Positions 26,207 to 36,705 of a DNA stretch of 64,000 nucleotides are shown here, in pieces. A model generated the notes under the pieces. It was not told the origin of the DNA. It saw only the letters and a program-made list of their open reading frames with translations, and searched no databases. Position 1 is the stretch's first letter, and every line of letters begins with the position of its first letter. Position numbers and translations under genes: made by a program. Where the stretch lies: positions 5,056,001 to 5,120,000 of the forward strand of contig CBDFLE010000006.1 of NCBI GenBank assembly GCA_965248925.1, given 5' to 3'. Source of the DNA: Candidatus Multivoradales bacterium (GTDB taxonomy: Bacteria; Acidobacteriota; Thermoanaerobaculia; Multivoradales; J023).

Positions 26207-28600
26207 TCAAATGTCCGGTTGAGCCTCTCCGGAGGTGTTCCGAGGCCCTGGGAAGGCCAGGCTCCGGGGTGGCGCCTTCTTGATCGCGAACCGCATCCGT
26301 AGCTCGGTGCCGGGGAAGTGGGTGGCGGTAGCGTTGAGTTCTTCGCAGACGGCGGCGATCGCCGCCGTCTTGTGGGGAGAGCTGAGCGGGTCGATGGAAA
26401 GGAGCAGCACGGTGTCGGTAACCTCCATATCGCCGCCGGCCGCGAAAGCGCTTTGGATCAGGGTGCGTCCCTCCTGCTCGGTGCGGCGGTAGTGGGGTGA
26501 TAGGAGCCGGAGAAGATCACCTTCGGCCTGGTAGGCGACCATCTTGAGAATATCGGTGAGGTGCTTGCGCTCGACGGACAGCTTGATGACATCCGCTTCG
26601 ACGACCTCTTGGACGGGGACGCGGACGGGGAGGGTCGCGCGCTGGTTCTCGAGTTCGGTGATCTGCTCTATCGCTGCCCGGACCCTGGCGGAGATGGCGG
26701 CGTTGGCGATCTTGAATCCGCGCATCGTGCGCCGCCGATCCTCGCGGTTTTCAAGAGCAGCGATCCCGATGTGGGCCCGGAGCTGCTCGAGATGTGCGTG
26801 AGCTTTGCGCAGCTCTGCATTGATCTTGCCGCGCTCGGGATTCGGCACATCGCGGGCGGCGTCCGCTGGCTCGGTGCCATAGTCCACCAGGGCATCGAGT
26901 GCGAATTCTTCGCGCAGGTATTTGAAGAAGTTCTCTTGCCTCCAACGATCGAACATGCGGTAGGCGACCTCGAGTGTGGAGAGGTCGCGGCGGGAGGTGA
27001 TGATGGACGTCTGGTGGCCGTTGTCGCAGAGGCGGGTGACCTGGCGCAGGTACAGCCGCTTGCGCTTCTTCCTCGGGCCATACTCGAGGTAGATACGCTG
27101 ATCGGCGAGGAGGTACTCGAGCTTCCGACCGTGGATCGTGTCCTTGATCTGCCCGAACTTGCTCAACGGCACCGGACGAAAGGGGGCCTTTCGGTATGTG
27201 AGGATGTCGAACTTCTTGGCGATGAGCTTCGCAAACAGCTTCGGGCTCCAACCCCCACGGTCGAAGACGACGGTGACTCGCCGGTCTCCGAGTAGCTTTC
27301 GTACCTCTTCGAGAATGAGGGGAAGCATCGTCGCAAGCCCCTTGTTGGCCTCGGTGGGGACCACGAAGAGAGGCTCGCTCTCAGCATCGTTGACCCAGTA
27401 GTCGGTGGTGGCCGGCATCGCGATCCGCATCCGCGCTACGTGTGTCTTGGGAATCTCTCGGCCACCGTGGTAGGCGCGCACATGCCCGTCCACGTAGAGG
27501 AAGCCCATGGCATGGCCCCTGGTGGCGACCCGGCGCTGAGCGAGGGCGCGACCGAGATCCGCGGCCAGGCCATGCGCGGCCAGCCGAGCGAGCTTGTTGC
27601 GCAAGGTTTTCACTTCCGGCGCTCGGTCGAGCCCGAGAAGCTGACCCAAATGCCGGGGTGAGCGCTCCTTGAGCCCTTCGGGTCGCTTGACCCGCAACAG
27701 TGCCATCAGCAGCAGGGTTACCAGAGTGGTGCGCAGCCCATAGAAGGCCGGCCCGATGCTGCCGTACAGCTCCTGCGCGATGGAGAGCACGCCGCTGTCC
27801 ACCAGGGCGGGAATCGCCAGCAGAGCACCGGCGCCCGGTAGCTGGGTCGCCGCTCCGAAGATCGGCGCCGCATCATCGAGGAATCCCAGCCTCGCCAGCA
27901 GCCGATCGCTGGCGCGATCCGCTGGATCGAGGTCCAGCGAGAGGGGAACCTGATCTTGCTCGGACGCAGAAGCGGACAGTTTTGGGTCCGCAGCCGCTGG
28001 GTCACCGCCACCCTCAGCGTCGAGCGCAAGATCCGCAGTTTTCAGGGGGCCGTCGACCTGCTGCTCATCAGAGGCGGACAGTTTTGGGTCCGCACTCTCG
28101 AAGGGCATCGTCATCTGCACTACCGACCGCTCTTTCCAGCCCAGGCGCTTGGCGAGCTTGCGAACGGCCTTCTCATCGATGCCCAGCCGCCGGCCAATCT
28201 CGCGATTCGACACACCCTCGGCCTTCCAGCCGTTGACCGCGTCCAGGCGGCCCTGCGCTACCCGAGACTGACCCCGGGGAAAACCGCGCGGCCGGCCCAG
28301 AGCAGCCAGCCCACCTTCTTCGAAGCGGCGCTGATTCCGGCGCACAGTCCGCACATCACAAGCGAACGCAAGGGCCACCTCGCGTTGCTGTGCCCAGCCC
28401 AATTCAACGAGACTCACCATCGCGTGGGCCTCGCCTGTCCTGTCGCCGGCAGCGAAGTGAGCGAGCGGCATGCCGCTGACCACCACCACCCGATAGCCGC
28501 CCCTCTGCTGGAGGCGGCAGCGGTCGTTGATCACCACAACCCCATCGGGGACCCCGGCGTGGTCTGGGAACAGGACGGTGTGCTCGCTCGTCAGTGCCAT
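26207..28600 (-). CDS. 797-aa putative DDE transposase with two N-terminal HTH motifs
   Basis: HTH-like QREVA.AF....RTV.R and SNREIGRRLGI; YVDGH, FDRGG, RWRQENFFK; fills the IR-bounded element. Confidence 0.85.
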   Translation of the reverse strand: MALTSEHTVLFPDHAGVPDGVVVINDRCRLQQRGGYRVVVVSGMPLAHFAAGDRTGEAHAMVSLVELGWAQQREVALAFACDVRTVRRNQRRFEEGGLAALGRPRGFPRGQSRVAQGRLDAVNGWKAEGVSNREIGRRLGIDEKAVRKLAKRLGWKERSVVQMTMPFESADPKLSASDEQQVDGPLKTADLALDAEGGGDPAAADPKLSASASEQDQVPLSLDLDPADRASDRLLARLGFLDDAAPIFGAATQLPGAGALLAIPALVDSGVLSIAQELYGSIGPAFYGLRTTLVTLLLMALLRVKRPEGLKERSPRHLGQLLGLDRAPEVKTLRNKLARLAAHGLAADLGRALAQRRVATRGHAMGFLYVDGHVRAYHGGREIPKTHVARMRIAMPATTDYWVNDAESEPLFVVPTEANKGLATMLPLILEEVRKLLGDRRVTVVFDRGGWSPKLFAKLIAKKFDILTYRKAPFRPVPLSKFGQIKDTIHGRKLEYLLADQRIYLEYGPRKKRKRLYLRQVTRLCDNGHQTSIITSRRDLSTLEVAYRMFDRWRQENFFKYLREEFALDALVDYGTEPADAARDVPNPERGKINAELRKAHAHLEQLRAHIGIAALENREDRRRTMRGFKIANAAISARVRAAIEQITELENQRATLPVRVPVQEVVEADVIKLSVERKHLTDILKMVAYQAEGDLLRLLSPHYRRTEQEGRTLIQSAFAAGGDMEVTDTVLLLSIDPLSSPHKTAAIAAVCEELNATATHFPGTELRMRFAIKKAPPRSLAFPGPRNTSGEAQPDI

Positions 28601-28648
28601 GCTCGATCATGCCTCGGCACCGAAAAAAGCGGACAGTTTTGGGTCCGC
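27972..28648. repeat. Three exact copies of the 20-bp palindromic motif GCGGAC-AGTTTTGG-GTCCGC
   Basis: At 27972-27991 and 28074-28093 (inside the CDS, encoding ADPKLSA twice) and 28629-28648 (upstream of the start). Confidence 0.9.
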
Positions 28649-30478
28649 ACCACCTCTGAGGGGCGGTCCTGTGTTTTCAGAGGGTTAGGAGGGGTAGGTC
28701 AGGAGGTCTGGAGTCTCGCCGCCGATGCCGTTGTCGTTGGCTTGATTGCGCATCAACAGGATGTCATTGAGGGGATTGGGCGACTGTCCGCCGACGCCGA
28801 GGCCGTGGGAATTGTTCCAATCAAAGAGGTTCTCGAGCAGGGTCAGGCGCTGTGAGTTGAACAGCCCGACCGCGCTGCTGAGCATCGGGAAGCGGCAGTC
28901 CGGGGAGTCTTCGTTGCCCAGGCAGCCCCCTTGTTGGGCGATGTCGTAGGCGCCGGTGCTGTGTTGGAAATGCAGGCCGCGGAGCTGCCAGTCGTAGACG
29001 TAGTTCAACCACAGCAGCCGAGGTTGTACGGCGATCTCGACCTTGGCCTGATTCATGTTGACGCCGGGTGGCGGCAGAACGCGAATCGGGCAAGGGGCGG
29101 GTTCGGTGCATAGACCTGAAACCCAACGATTGTTTTCTTGATGATTGTAGCCGCCGTAGCCGACCCCGTCTTCGACCAGAAAGCTGCCCGGATCCATGTC
29201 GGCGGTGGCCTGCTCCTGGCGCAAGGGTTGGCCGTCGATGAAGACCATCTCAGCGCGCCGCATCAGTGGCAGCAGTTCTCCCCAATATGTACTCTTGCGG
29301 GCCAAGCCCCAATCGTGGAGCCAACTTTTCTGGGACGAATCGTTGACATAGAAGGTCTGGGTCGTCGAGGTGGAGGCATGCGCCGGGGTGAAGTAGGTCC
29401 ACAGGTAGTCGCGGGGGGTGGTATCGAACCTGTTGTTGTATCGCAAGATAGGCGCTACCATCGGTGCCGTCCTTGGCGGATATTCTGAAAACTTTATTGA
29501 CCGACGCTGAGTAGCCGAGGGTTGGCAGGTCCGGAATGAACTGGATGTTGACGTCGACCAGGCTCTTCTGCCAGATAGCCCGATTGAATCCTGAACCTTG
29601 CAACAACTCGTTGTGGCTGTTCTCGGTGATGGTGACGTTGTCGGGCAGCCAGACCCCGGACCAATCTTCGGAACCCGAGATCACCGCGCTATGGCGGGTT
29701 ACGGACTCGACCACTACTTGGGCCAGTCCTGGTGGATTGATCACTCGTCCGTCGATGCCGTCATAGCCTTCGCGGTAGGTTCCTTCGCAGACCAGCACGG
29801 TGGTGTTGCGACCGCTTTCTTGGCGGTTGATGGCGGCGTCGATGCCGTCGTTGAATTTACAGAAGGGACCTCCCTGGCTGCCGTCCTGAGTGCCGTTCAC
29901 AGTGCAGCCCGGACCATTGACAAAGAGCACCTCGGACGGCTCCCACGGGCTGACAAAACCCTGGTCACAGACCGAGCACTGCTTGGCGTCGACGTAATTC
30001 GGCCAGCATTGCTCGATCGGGTTACCGAGGTCGATGCATTTGAGGTAGGTCTGCCACAGGTACTTGCCCTTGGCGTTGCTACAGTCGGCCCGCTCGCTCT
30101 CGCACGCCTTCAGGCATTGCAGATCCTCGCTGCCGGTGCCGTAGCTCTGGATGGCAGCCGCCGCGCCGCAGAGTTCGGCGCAGTTGTGCTGCCAAGCGGC
30201 CGCCGGGGTGTTGGCCAGCAAGACGAGGAGGAGCCCGCAGAGGGGCAGGCCGGATAGCAAGAGGGGCTTTCTGGGGGACGGGGGCGAGATCATCGGTATT
30301 CTCCTAAGTGGGTTTTTTCGAGGCGGCTCCACCGCTGCTCGTCTCAATCCACGAGAATTCCGCGAACAGCCTGCCAAAAAAGATTGTCTACAGAGCCAGC
30401 CATGGCGAATGAACACCCACTTCCGGAGGTAGAGTTCGCTAGTGGAGAGTTCACCCAGTTGCCATGGAGAGTACGCAT

Positions 30479-32212
30479 ATGAAAAACACCCAAGAGAGTC
30501 GCCAGCTGCGGATTTGGCCGGCGGTGGTGATCGTCGCCTTGCAGTGGCTGTTAGCCTTCGGCATCGGCGCGGTGGCGCCGGGGACGCCGGCCAAGTTCTT
30601 CGGCATGATGGCCGGTCCACCGCTGGGCTTGCTGCTGCTCTTTGGGTGGTGGATGTTCGCCAGCCGGGCTCCGCGGGGCGAGCGTTGGATGGGTGTCCTG
30701 CTACCGCTGGCGGGGTTTGTGGCGGCTTTTGTCCTGGCCCATCGGTCGGCGACGACGGCGGTCTTTTCTTATGGCATCCCCGTCTTCTGCCTGCTTTTCT
30801 TGCTCTGGTCGGTGCTGGCTCAGCGTTGGCCGGGGCGACGACGGCGGCTCTCATTGATCGCTTTGATCTTGATTTCCACCCTGGGTTGGGCTCTGCTGCG
30901 CAGCGCGGGAGTTGATGGCGACATGGCGATCGATCTTTCCTGGCGCTGGAGTCAGACTGCCGAGCAGCGTCTGTTGGCGGCTGATTTCGAAACCGGCCCG
31001 GCCGTGACCGCCGACGATCCGGCTATTGGTTCAGGCACAGCGGCTTGGCCGGGCTTCAGAGGTGCGGCCCGAGATGGGGTGGTTTCCTCACCGCGTATCG
31101 CCACCAACTGGTCTGCCACACCACCAGAGCAGCTGTGGAAGCAGCCGGTGGGTCCCGGTTGGTCGTCTTTTGCCGTCGCCGGAGAGCTGATCTTCACTCA
31201 GGAGCAACGCGGTGAAGAAGAGATCGTGGTGGCCTACCGGGCGGCCACTGGCGACAAGGTTTGGCAGCACGCGGATTTGGTCCGCTTCTGGGAACCGATG
31301 GCTGGGGCCGGGCCTCGGGCAACGCCACAGATCGAGGGTGGTCGGCTGTTCAGCCTGGGAGCCACCGGCATTCTCAATGCCCTCGATGCCGCAACCGGGT
31401 CGCTGATCTGGTCCCGTGACGTGGCCACGGACAGCGGAGCGGCGGTCCCCGAGTGGGGCTTCGCCAGCTCGCCGCTGCGGATCGACGACCTGGTGGTGAT
31501 CTACACCGGCGCCGGTGATGGCAAGGCGGTGGTGGCCTACGGCGCCGAAGGTGGCGAGCCGAGGTGGTTCGCGGCGGCGGGAGCACCGAGTTACAGCTCT
31601 GTGCACGAGTTGACTTTGCAGGGTGTTCGCCAGTTGTTGATCCTCACCGGTGGCGGTGCCACCAGCCTGGCGCCGGCCGATGGGGCAGTGCTGTGGCAGC
31701 ACGAGTGGCTGGCGGTTCTCGGCGGCGCGCGGATCGTGCAGCCGGTGGTGACCGCCGCTGGAGATGTGTTGATCGGCACCGGTCTCGGCCAGGGGCTGCG
31801 CAGCCTGGCGGTCGAGCATGACGCTGGTGGCTGGCATACTGAGGCGCGTTGGACGAGCAAGAGGCTGAAGCCTTATTTCAACGACTTCGTGGTTCATCGT
31901 GGGCATATCTATGGTTTCGATGACCGCATCATGAGCTGCTTGGATGTCACTAACGGCGAGCGCAGGTGGAAGGGGGGCCGCTACGGCAGTGGCCAGCTGC
32001 TGTTGCTCGCCGATCAAGATCTGCTGCTTGTGCTCTCGGATCGCGGCAAAGTGGCGGTGGTCGCGGCCACTCCGCAGGGCTTCTCCGAGTTGGCAAGCCT
32101 GCAAGCCATCGCCGGCAAGACCTGGAACCACCCGGTAATCGCCGACGGTGTGCTCTATGTGCGCAACAGTGAGGAGATGGCAGCCTTCCGCCTACCGCTG
32201 GAGCAGGGATAG
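30479..32212 (+). CDS. PQQ-binding-like (BamB-type) beta-propeller protein with N-terminal TM helices
   Basis: About five hydrophobic segments, then WPGFRG..RDG, GPGWSS, GPRATP, ALDA.TG..IW, WGFASSP, TWNHPVI. Confidence 0.85.
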   Translation: MKNTQESRQLRIWPAVVIVALQWLLAFGIGAVAPGTPAKFFGMMAGPPLGLLLLFGWWMFASRAPRGERWMGVLLPLAGFVAAFVLAHRSATTAVFSYGIPVFCLLFLLWSVLAQRWPGRRRRLSLIALILISTLGWALLRSAGVDGDMAIDLSWRWSQTAEQRLLAADFETGPAVTADDPAIGSGTAAWPGFRGAARDGVVSSPRIATNWSATPPEQLWKQPVGPGWSSFAVAGELIFTQEQRGEEEIVVAYRAATGDKVWQHADLVRFWEPMAGAGPRATPQIEGGRLFSLGATGILNALDAATGSLIWSRDVATDSGAAVPEWGFASSPLRIDDLVVIYTGAGDGKAVVAYGAEGGEPRWFAAAGAPSYSSVHELTLQGVRQLLILTGGGATSLAPADGAVLWQHEWLAVLGGARIVQPVVTAAGDVLIGTGLGQGLRSLAVEHDAGGWHTEARWTSKRLKPYFNDFVVHRGHIYGFDDRIMSCLDVTNGERRWKGGRYGSGQLLLLADQDLLLVLSDRGKVAVVAATPQGFSELASLQAIAGKTWNHPVIADGVLYVRNSEEMAAFRLPLEQG

Positions 32213-32347
32213 CGCTCGTCTTCTAAGGGATCAACCCGGTGGTGGATGAGCGCCGGTGAGCCAGCGCCAGATCGAGAATCTGTCGGGCGTCTTGGCGGCC
32301 CGGATCCTGCCGCCGGTCAGCGTCTCGCCAGTTCGCTCAGCACAGGC

Positions 32348-32675
32348 TCAGTGGCAGCAGCAGAGCGACCCAAGCCAGGCGGCGAAATCGCTTTGCCAAC
32401 TTACTGCGACCGCGATGACCAGCGGCCGCGCGACTTCTAGGACCCTAAGAGCCGCGCCGAATGAGGCGCAAGCCAGCGCCGCCAGAATCGCCGACAAGAG
32501 GTTGGCGAGGAAAGCCGTAGAACCCAGTGGAACCCAGCGGGTAAAGGCGTGATTGAGCAACAGGTAAGCGGGGTAGCCGGTGGGGTGAGGGGTTCCCAGA
32601 TGCCTACCCAAGAATTGGAATTTCACCGTGTCACTCGAACCCCCGATCCCGGGTTGCAGGGTCGGCGCGTCGACG
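32348..32675 (-). pseudogene. Fragment of a DUF2723/TMEM260-like membrane glycosyltransferase
   Basis: PTLQPGIGGSSDTVKFQ..LGTPHPTGYPAYLLL..ANLLSA matches the family N-terminal HP.GYP motif; only about 110 codons and no clear start. Confidence 0.6.
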
Positions 32676-32727
32676 GCCGGTCTCGGTCACGCCTTTTCGC
32701 TGCTGCGGGTCGAGGCGCTAGGATGCA

Positions 32728-35700
32728 GTGGTGAATTCACCGTCACTCCCCTGGTTAGGCCAACTGCTGAAACGCTGCCGCCCTCTTTCCGTGCTGTGCT
32801 TACTGGGTGGTATTGCACTGGTCTCGGCCGGCCCTGGTGTGGCGACAAATACGGTTTCGAACCTGGCGCTGGGTGAGACTCAAGAGGGGGAAATCAGCGC
32901 CGCCGAGGTCCAAACTTGGCAGATCCAGCTTCCTGGTTCGGCCGCGGTCTTGCTGCGGGTGGAGCAGTTGGGGGTTGATCTGACGGTGGCGATCAGAGAT
33001 CCGCAAGGGACGCCGCTGCTGGCGATCGACAGCCCGGTCGATCGGCTCGGCGAAGAGGTAGCGCTGCTGGAAGCCATGGAGGCTGGTCTCTACCGGATCG
33101 AGATCAGGGCTCGCGAGCTTGGTGCGCCGCCGGGGCGCTACAGCCTGCACGCCGAATCGCTGTCGGGCGACGATCGCCGCTTGCCTGCCTGGCGGCAGAT
33201 GACTCGGGCTGCTGCTGGCTATCGCGTGGGAGGCGCGGAGGGGATGCAAGCAGGGGTTGCCGCCTACCGGCGAGCACAGCAGCTGTTTGCCGCCACGATG
33301 GCCCGCCGGCCCGCGGCTGAGGCTGCGTATCGAGCCGCGGTGCTGCTGCGTTTGGTGGACGACACGGCGGCGGCGGTGGACCTCGCTAGCCGCGCTCTGG
33401 CCATGTGGCTAGCACTCGGCGAGGAGGCGCGGATGGCGGCCAATGCCTGGAATGAAATCGGCCTCGACCGCTGGGCTTTAGGCGAGGTCCCGGCGGCTCG
33501 TTCCGCGTTTCAGAGCGCGCTCGAAATCTACCGCCAGCAGGGCGAACGCTATGGCGAGGGCGCGGCCTTGGCCAACCTCTGCCTGATGGATCTGGTCGCT
33601 GGTGATTTGCGGGCCGGCTTGCATTGCTACCAGCAAGCGTTGCCGATCTTGGCTGAGGTGGGTGCGGTCGAGCTCGAGGCGGCAGCCCAGATCAGTGCCG
33701 GCCGAGCTTGGCAGGTGCTAGGCGAACTCGATCCCGCCCGCCGCAGCTACCGTCGAGCGTTGGCGATGATGGCGGCAGCTGGCAATCGTCGCGGCGAGGC
33801 GCAAGTGCTGAACAACCTGGGTGTCTTGCAGCAGAGTGCTGGTCAGCTGGAGGCTGCGCTGGGGGCTTTTGACCGTTCGCTGGAGATCTTTCGCCAGCTC
33901 GGCGAACGTCGTTGGCAGGCGCGAGTGCTGAACAATCTAGGTTTTGCTTACCAAGAACTCGGCGAGCCTCGGCGTGGCCTGGTGTTTCTCCAGCAAGCGC
34001 TGGCCGGCTGGCGGCAGGTGCAGGACCGTCGTGGTGAGATCCAGACCCTGTCCAACTTGAGCCGGGCGCGGCTCGACCTTGGCGAGCCGGTGCCAGCGAT
34101 CGAGCTGTTGCGCCAGGCGCTGGTAGAAGCCCGTGCCCTCGACGACCCGCGGGCTGAAGGGATTGCCCTCTACGAGCTGGCGCGGGCTACTGCCGAGGTT
34201 GAAGGGCAGCTTTCGCGGCGGCCTCTGGAGCTGTTCGATGCGGCGTTGCTGAAACTCGCCGCAGCTGCCGAGCGGCGCACCGAGGCTGCCGCCTTGCTGG
34301 AGCGGGGCGAGCTGCGTTTGGCACTGGCTGAACCGGCTGCCTCGGCGGCCGATATCGAGCGGGCGCTCGGCATCGCCCGCGACATCGGCGACGGTGCTGC
34401 CGAGGCTCGCGGTCTCTACTTGGCGGCCCGTCTCGACCGTGCTCGTGGTCATCCCGAAGGGGCGCGACAGCGCCTCGAAACGTCGATTGAGATCATCGAG
34501 GGCCTGCGCACTCGAATCAGCCATCCGCAGTTGCGCGCCATCTTCGCCAGCGTGCAACCGCGGGCCTACGAGCTGTTGGTCGATCTGACCATGGCGGAGC
34601 ATCGAGCGGCGCCGTCGGTGGGCCACCACCAGACCGCGTTCGAGATCAGCGAGCGCGGCCGAGCCCGTGGTCTCGCGGAGCTGCTGGCCGAGGCCCGCGC
34701 GGATCTTGGGCTAGGGGTCGATCCAGCGCTGCAAAAGCGCCGCCGAACTTTGCTCGAAAAATTGAACGCTCGCGCCGAGCGGGCGCTCCAGGGGCGCTCC
34801 GTGCTTGACGACGGAATTGCCGCTAGTGCTGAGCAATCTGAACTCCTGCGTCAGCTCGATCTGATAGAGGCTGAGATGCGTCAACGGCGGCCGGCTTTCT
34901 CGGATTTGACCCGCCCCGAGCCGCTCACCGTCGCCGAGGCGCAAGCGCAGCTAGTGGACCAGGATGGCGCCACGCGGATTGACCAGCCAGGTCCGTTGCT
35001 GCTGGTCTATAGCCTAGGGGAGCAGAGGAGTTTTCTCTGGGCCTTGACTTCTGAGTCCTTCGCCAGTTTCGAGTTGCCGCCCCGACGAGTTCTAGAAGAA
35101 GCGGTGCGGCAGCTCTACCCCCGCTTGTCGACCCTTTCGCCGGCGCAGCGGCCCGCCGAAATCAGAGCGGCGGCCAAGCTGAGCCGTCAGTTGCTCGGGC
35201 CGGTGGCTGATCTGCTGGCAGATCGGCAGCTGGTGATCGTCCCTGACGGCGCCCTGCATTACTTGCCCTGGGCGGCTTTGCCACGACCTGGGGGCAGCGC
35301 CGACGCACCGCTGCCAGCGTTGGTCGAGAGCCAGCCGCTGGTGCTGTTGCCGGCAGCACGACTGCTGGTGTCTCTGCGCCGCGACCGCAAGCCGCGAACA
35401 GCAGCGGCCAAGCGCATCGCGGTGCTTGCCGATCCGGTGTTCGACGCCGCCGATCCAAGGTTGGCCAGGGTTCTCGACAAGCCTGCGGTCGCCACCATTG
35501 CCGAGCCGTCAACCGCAGTGCAGCGCGACGGCTTGGCCCGTCTGCCATGGACTGCCGCTGAGGCACAGGCGATTGTCGAGCTAGTGCCGGCAGATCAGCT
35601 TTGGGTCGGACTGGGGCTTGCCGCTAATCGTCAGCAAGTGCTCGCCGGTCTGCTGAGTGACTACGCGGTGGTGCATCTGGCGACTCACGGCATTCTGGAC

Positions 35701-36111
35701 ACTGAGAATCCAGTCCTGTCGGGCTTGGTGTTGTCGCTGGTCGACTCCCAGGGCCAGCCGCAGCGGGGCTTCTTGCAACTCGCCGACATCTATCAACTAC
35801 GTTTAGCGGCGGACTTGGTGGTGTTGTCGGGTTGTAAGACAGCGCTGGGCAAGGAGATTCACGGCGAGGGACTGGTCGGGCTGACTCGAGGGTTTCTCTA
35901 CGCTGGTGCCTCGCGGGTGGTCGCCAGCCTGTGGCGGGTGGAGGACCGCGCCACCGCCGAGTTGATGAGCCGGTTTTACCGGGCGTTGTGGCGGCAAGGG
36001 CTCGATCCGGCATCGGCCCTACGTGCTGCGCAAATCTCGATTCGAGCTGAGCGGCGCTGGCGTGATCCATATTTCTGGGCCGGGTGGGTGCTGATCGGTG
36101 ATTGGCGCTAG
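32728..36111 (+). CDS. Exported TPR-repeat protein with C-terminal CHAT (caspase-like) protease domain
   Basis: Hydrophobic N-terminus, VEQLGVDL pre-peptidase-like domain, EA.VLNNLG repeats, VPDGALH..P, catalytic HLATHG and LSGC, VVASLW.V.D, PYFWAG. Confidence 0.92.
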   Translation: MVNSPSLPWLGQLLKRCRPLSVLCLLGGIALVSAGPGVATNTVSNLALGETQEGEISAAEVQTWQIQLPGSAAVLLRVEQLGVDLTVAIRDPQGTPLLAIDSPVDRLGEEVALLEAMEAGLYRIEIRARELGAPPGRYSLHAESLSGDDRRLPAWRQMTRAAAGYRVGGAEGMQAGVAAYRRAQQLFAATMARRPAAEAAYRAAVLLRLVDDTAAAVDLASRALAMWLALGEEARMAANAWNEIGLDRWALGEVPAARSAFQSALEIYRQQGERYGEGAALANLCLMDLVAGDLRAGLHCYQQALPILAEVGAVELEAAAQISAGRAWQVLGELDPARRSYRRALAMMAAAGNRRGEAQVLNNLGVLQQSAGQLEAALGAFDRSLEIFRQLGERRWQARVLNNLGFAYQELGEPRRGLVFLQQALAGWRQVQDRRGEIQTLSNLSRARLDLGEPVPAIELLRQALVEARALDDPRAEGIALYELARATAEVEGQLSRRPLELFDAALLKLAAAAERRTEAAALLERGELRLALAEPAASAADIERALGIARDIGDGAAEARGLYLAARLDRARGHPEGARQRLETSIEIIEGLRTRISHPQLRAIFASVQPRAYELLVDLTMAEHRAAPSVGHHQTAFEISERGRARGLAELLAEARADLGLGVDPALQKRRRTLLEKLNARAERALQGRSVLDDGIAASAEQSELLRQLDLIEAEMRQRRPAFSDLTRPEPLTVAEAQAQLVDQDGATRIDQPGPLLLVYSLGEQRSFLWALTSESFASFELPPRRVLEEAVRQLYPRLSTLSPAQRPAEIRAAAKLSRQLLGPVADLLADRQLVIVPDGALHYLPWAALPRPGGSADAPLPALVESQPLVLLPAARLLVSLRRDRKPRTAAAKRIAVLADPVFDAADPRLARVLDKPAVATIAEPSTAVQRDGLARLPWTAAEAQAIVELVPADQLWVGLGLAANRQQVLAGLLSDYAVVHLATHGILDTENPVLSGLVLSLVDSQGQPQRGFLQLADIYQLRLAADLVVLSGCKTALGKEIHGEGLVGLTRGFLYAGASRVVASLWRVEDRATAELMSRFYRALWRQGLDPASALRAAQISIRAERRWRDPYFWAGWVLIGDWR

Positions 36112-36220
36112 CTTCGGTCCGAGAAAGTACCCTGCCAGGGTGCGATCGATCGGTCTCCCGTCCCACAGAGTGATTGAGAACACGGGTCAGATTCGGTCCC
36201 AGAACAACAAGGAGAGTGCC

Positions 36221-36592
36221 ATGACCTTGAGTGATTACGTAGGTAGCTACTGTGTGCGGACTGCCAATTTGGGAGTTCCAGTGGGTTGGATTTACGCCGG
36301 GCCGTCAGTGGTGGTGGGGCAGATGGTGGTGATCGCCAGCAGTGGCGAGGACAAAGCGATCGTCACCATCGACGGTCAAGACTTCGACTTCGACTGGTCG
36401 GACGCAAGCCAGACTCTGCAAAGATCGTTCGATGTCATCGCCGCCCCACCGGGATCCTCAGCGGAATTCCTACCGGCCCTCAACCAGATCTCCCTGATCG
36501 AAAATGGCAAATTCAAAGCGATCTACGCCGCCAGCATAGCCGGCGATCCACAGCAGGTCGGGGTTTGGGGCGCGGACAACGGCGGCGGCTGA
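36221..36592 (+). CDS. Small hypothetical protein
   Basis: AAGGAG RBS before the ATG at 36221; 123 aa, beta-rich, ends VGVWGADNGGG. Confidence 0.7.
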   Translation: MTLSDYVGSYCVRTANLGVPVGWIYAGPSVVVGQMVVIASSGEDKAIVTIDGQDFDFDWSDASQTLQRSFDVIAAPPGSSAEFLPALNQISLIENGKFKAIYAASIAGDPQQVGVWGADNGGG

Positions 36593-36657
36593 GAATGCCC
36601 TGAGCGTCCTGGTCGCGGATCGGCCGCGGATCGAGTTGGGTGCTCGGTTACAATGGC

Positions 36658-36705
36658 GGCTCATGACTGGCAAGGCTCATGACTGGCAAGGCTCATGACT
36701 GGCAA
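36658..36705 (+). repeat. 16-bp tandem repeat x3 (GGCTCATGACTGGCAA) containing the sigma start codon
   Basis: Exact units at 36658, 36674 and 36690; ATGs at 36663, 36679 and 36695. Confidence 0.95.

Larger units (their letters stand above)
26182..28710 (-). mobile_element. Large single-ORF IS element (2529 bp), family uncertain
   Basis: 19-bp terminal IR CAGA(A/C)CTCCTGAC(A/C)TACCC; 5-bp direct repeat GAGTC at 26177-26181 and 28711-28715; excision restores the host frame. Confidence 0.9.
24152..30293 (-). pseudogene. Secreted right-handed parallel beta-helix protein interrupted by two IS elements and about three frameshifts
   Basis: Start MISPP at 30293 (AGGAG RBS); motifs GTYRE, ISGS..W, EMVFIDG, PGSF.V, NNWRG, GLWFD, GIYFE. 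Removing both IS restores the frame (GIGGET|LGSARD and WCINP|QDYQSVIVP*, stop at 24152). Frame changes near 29415 (G6), 26072 and 25638 (G8). Confidence 0.8.

Noticed and set aside
20796-28710. Composite transposon carrying the M24 peptidase
   Set aside because: The three IS elements are unrelated and each has its own target duplication, so they are independent insertions.
30294-30854. Upstream extension of the beta-helix ORF
   Set aside because: Antisense to the PQQ-like gene and Pro/Arg-rich; RBS and signal peptide point to 30293.
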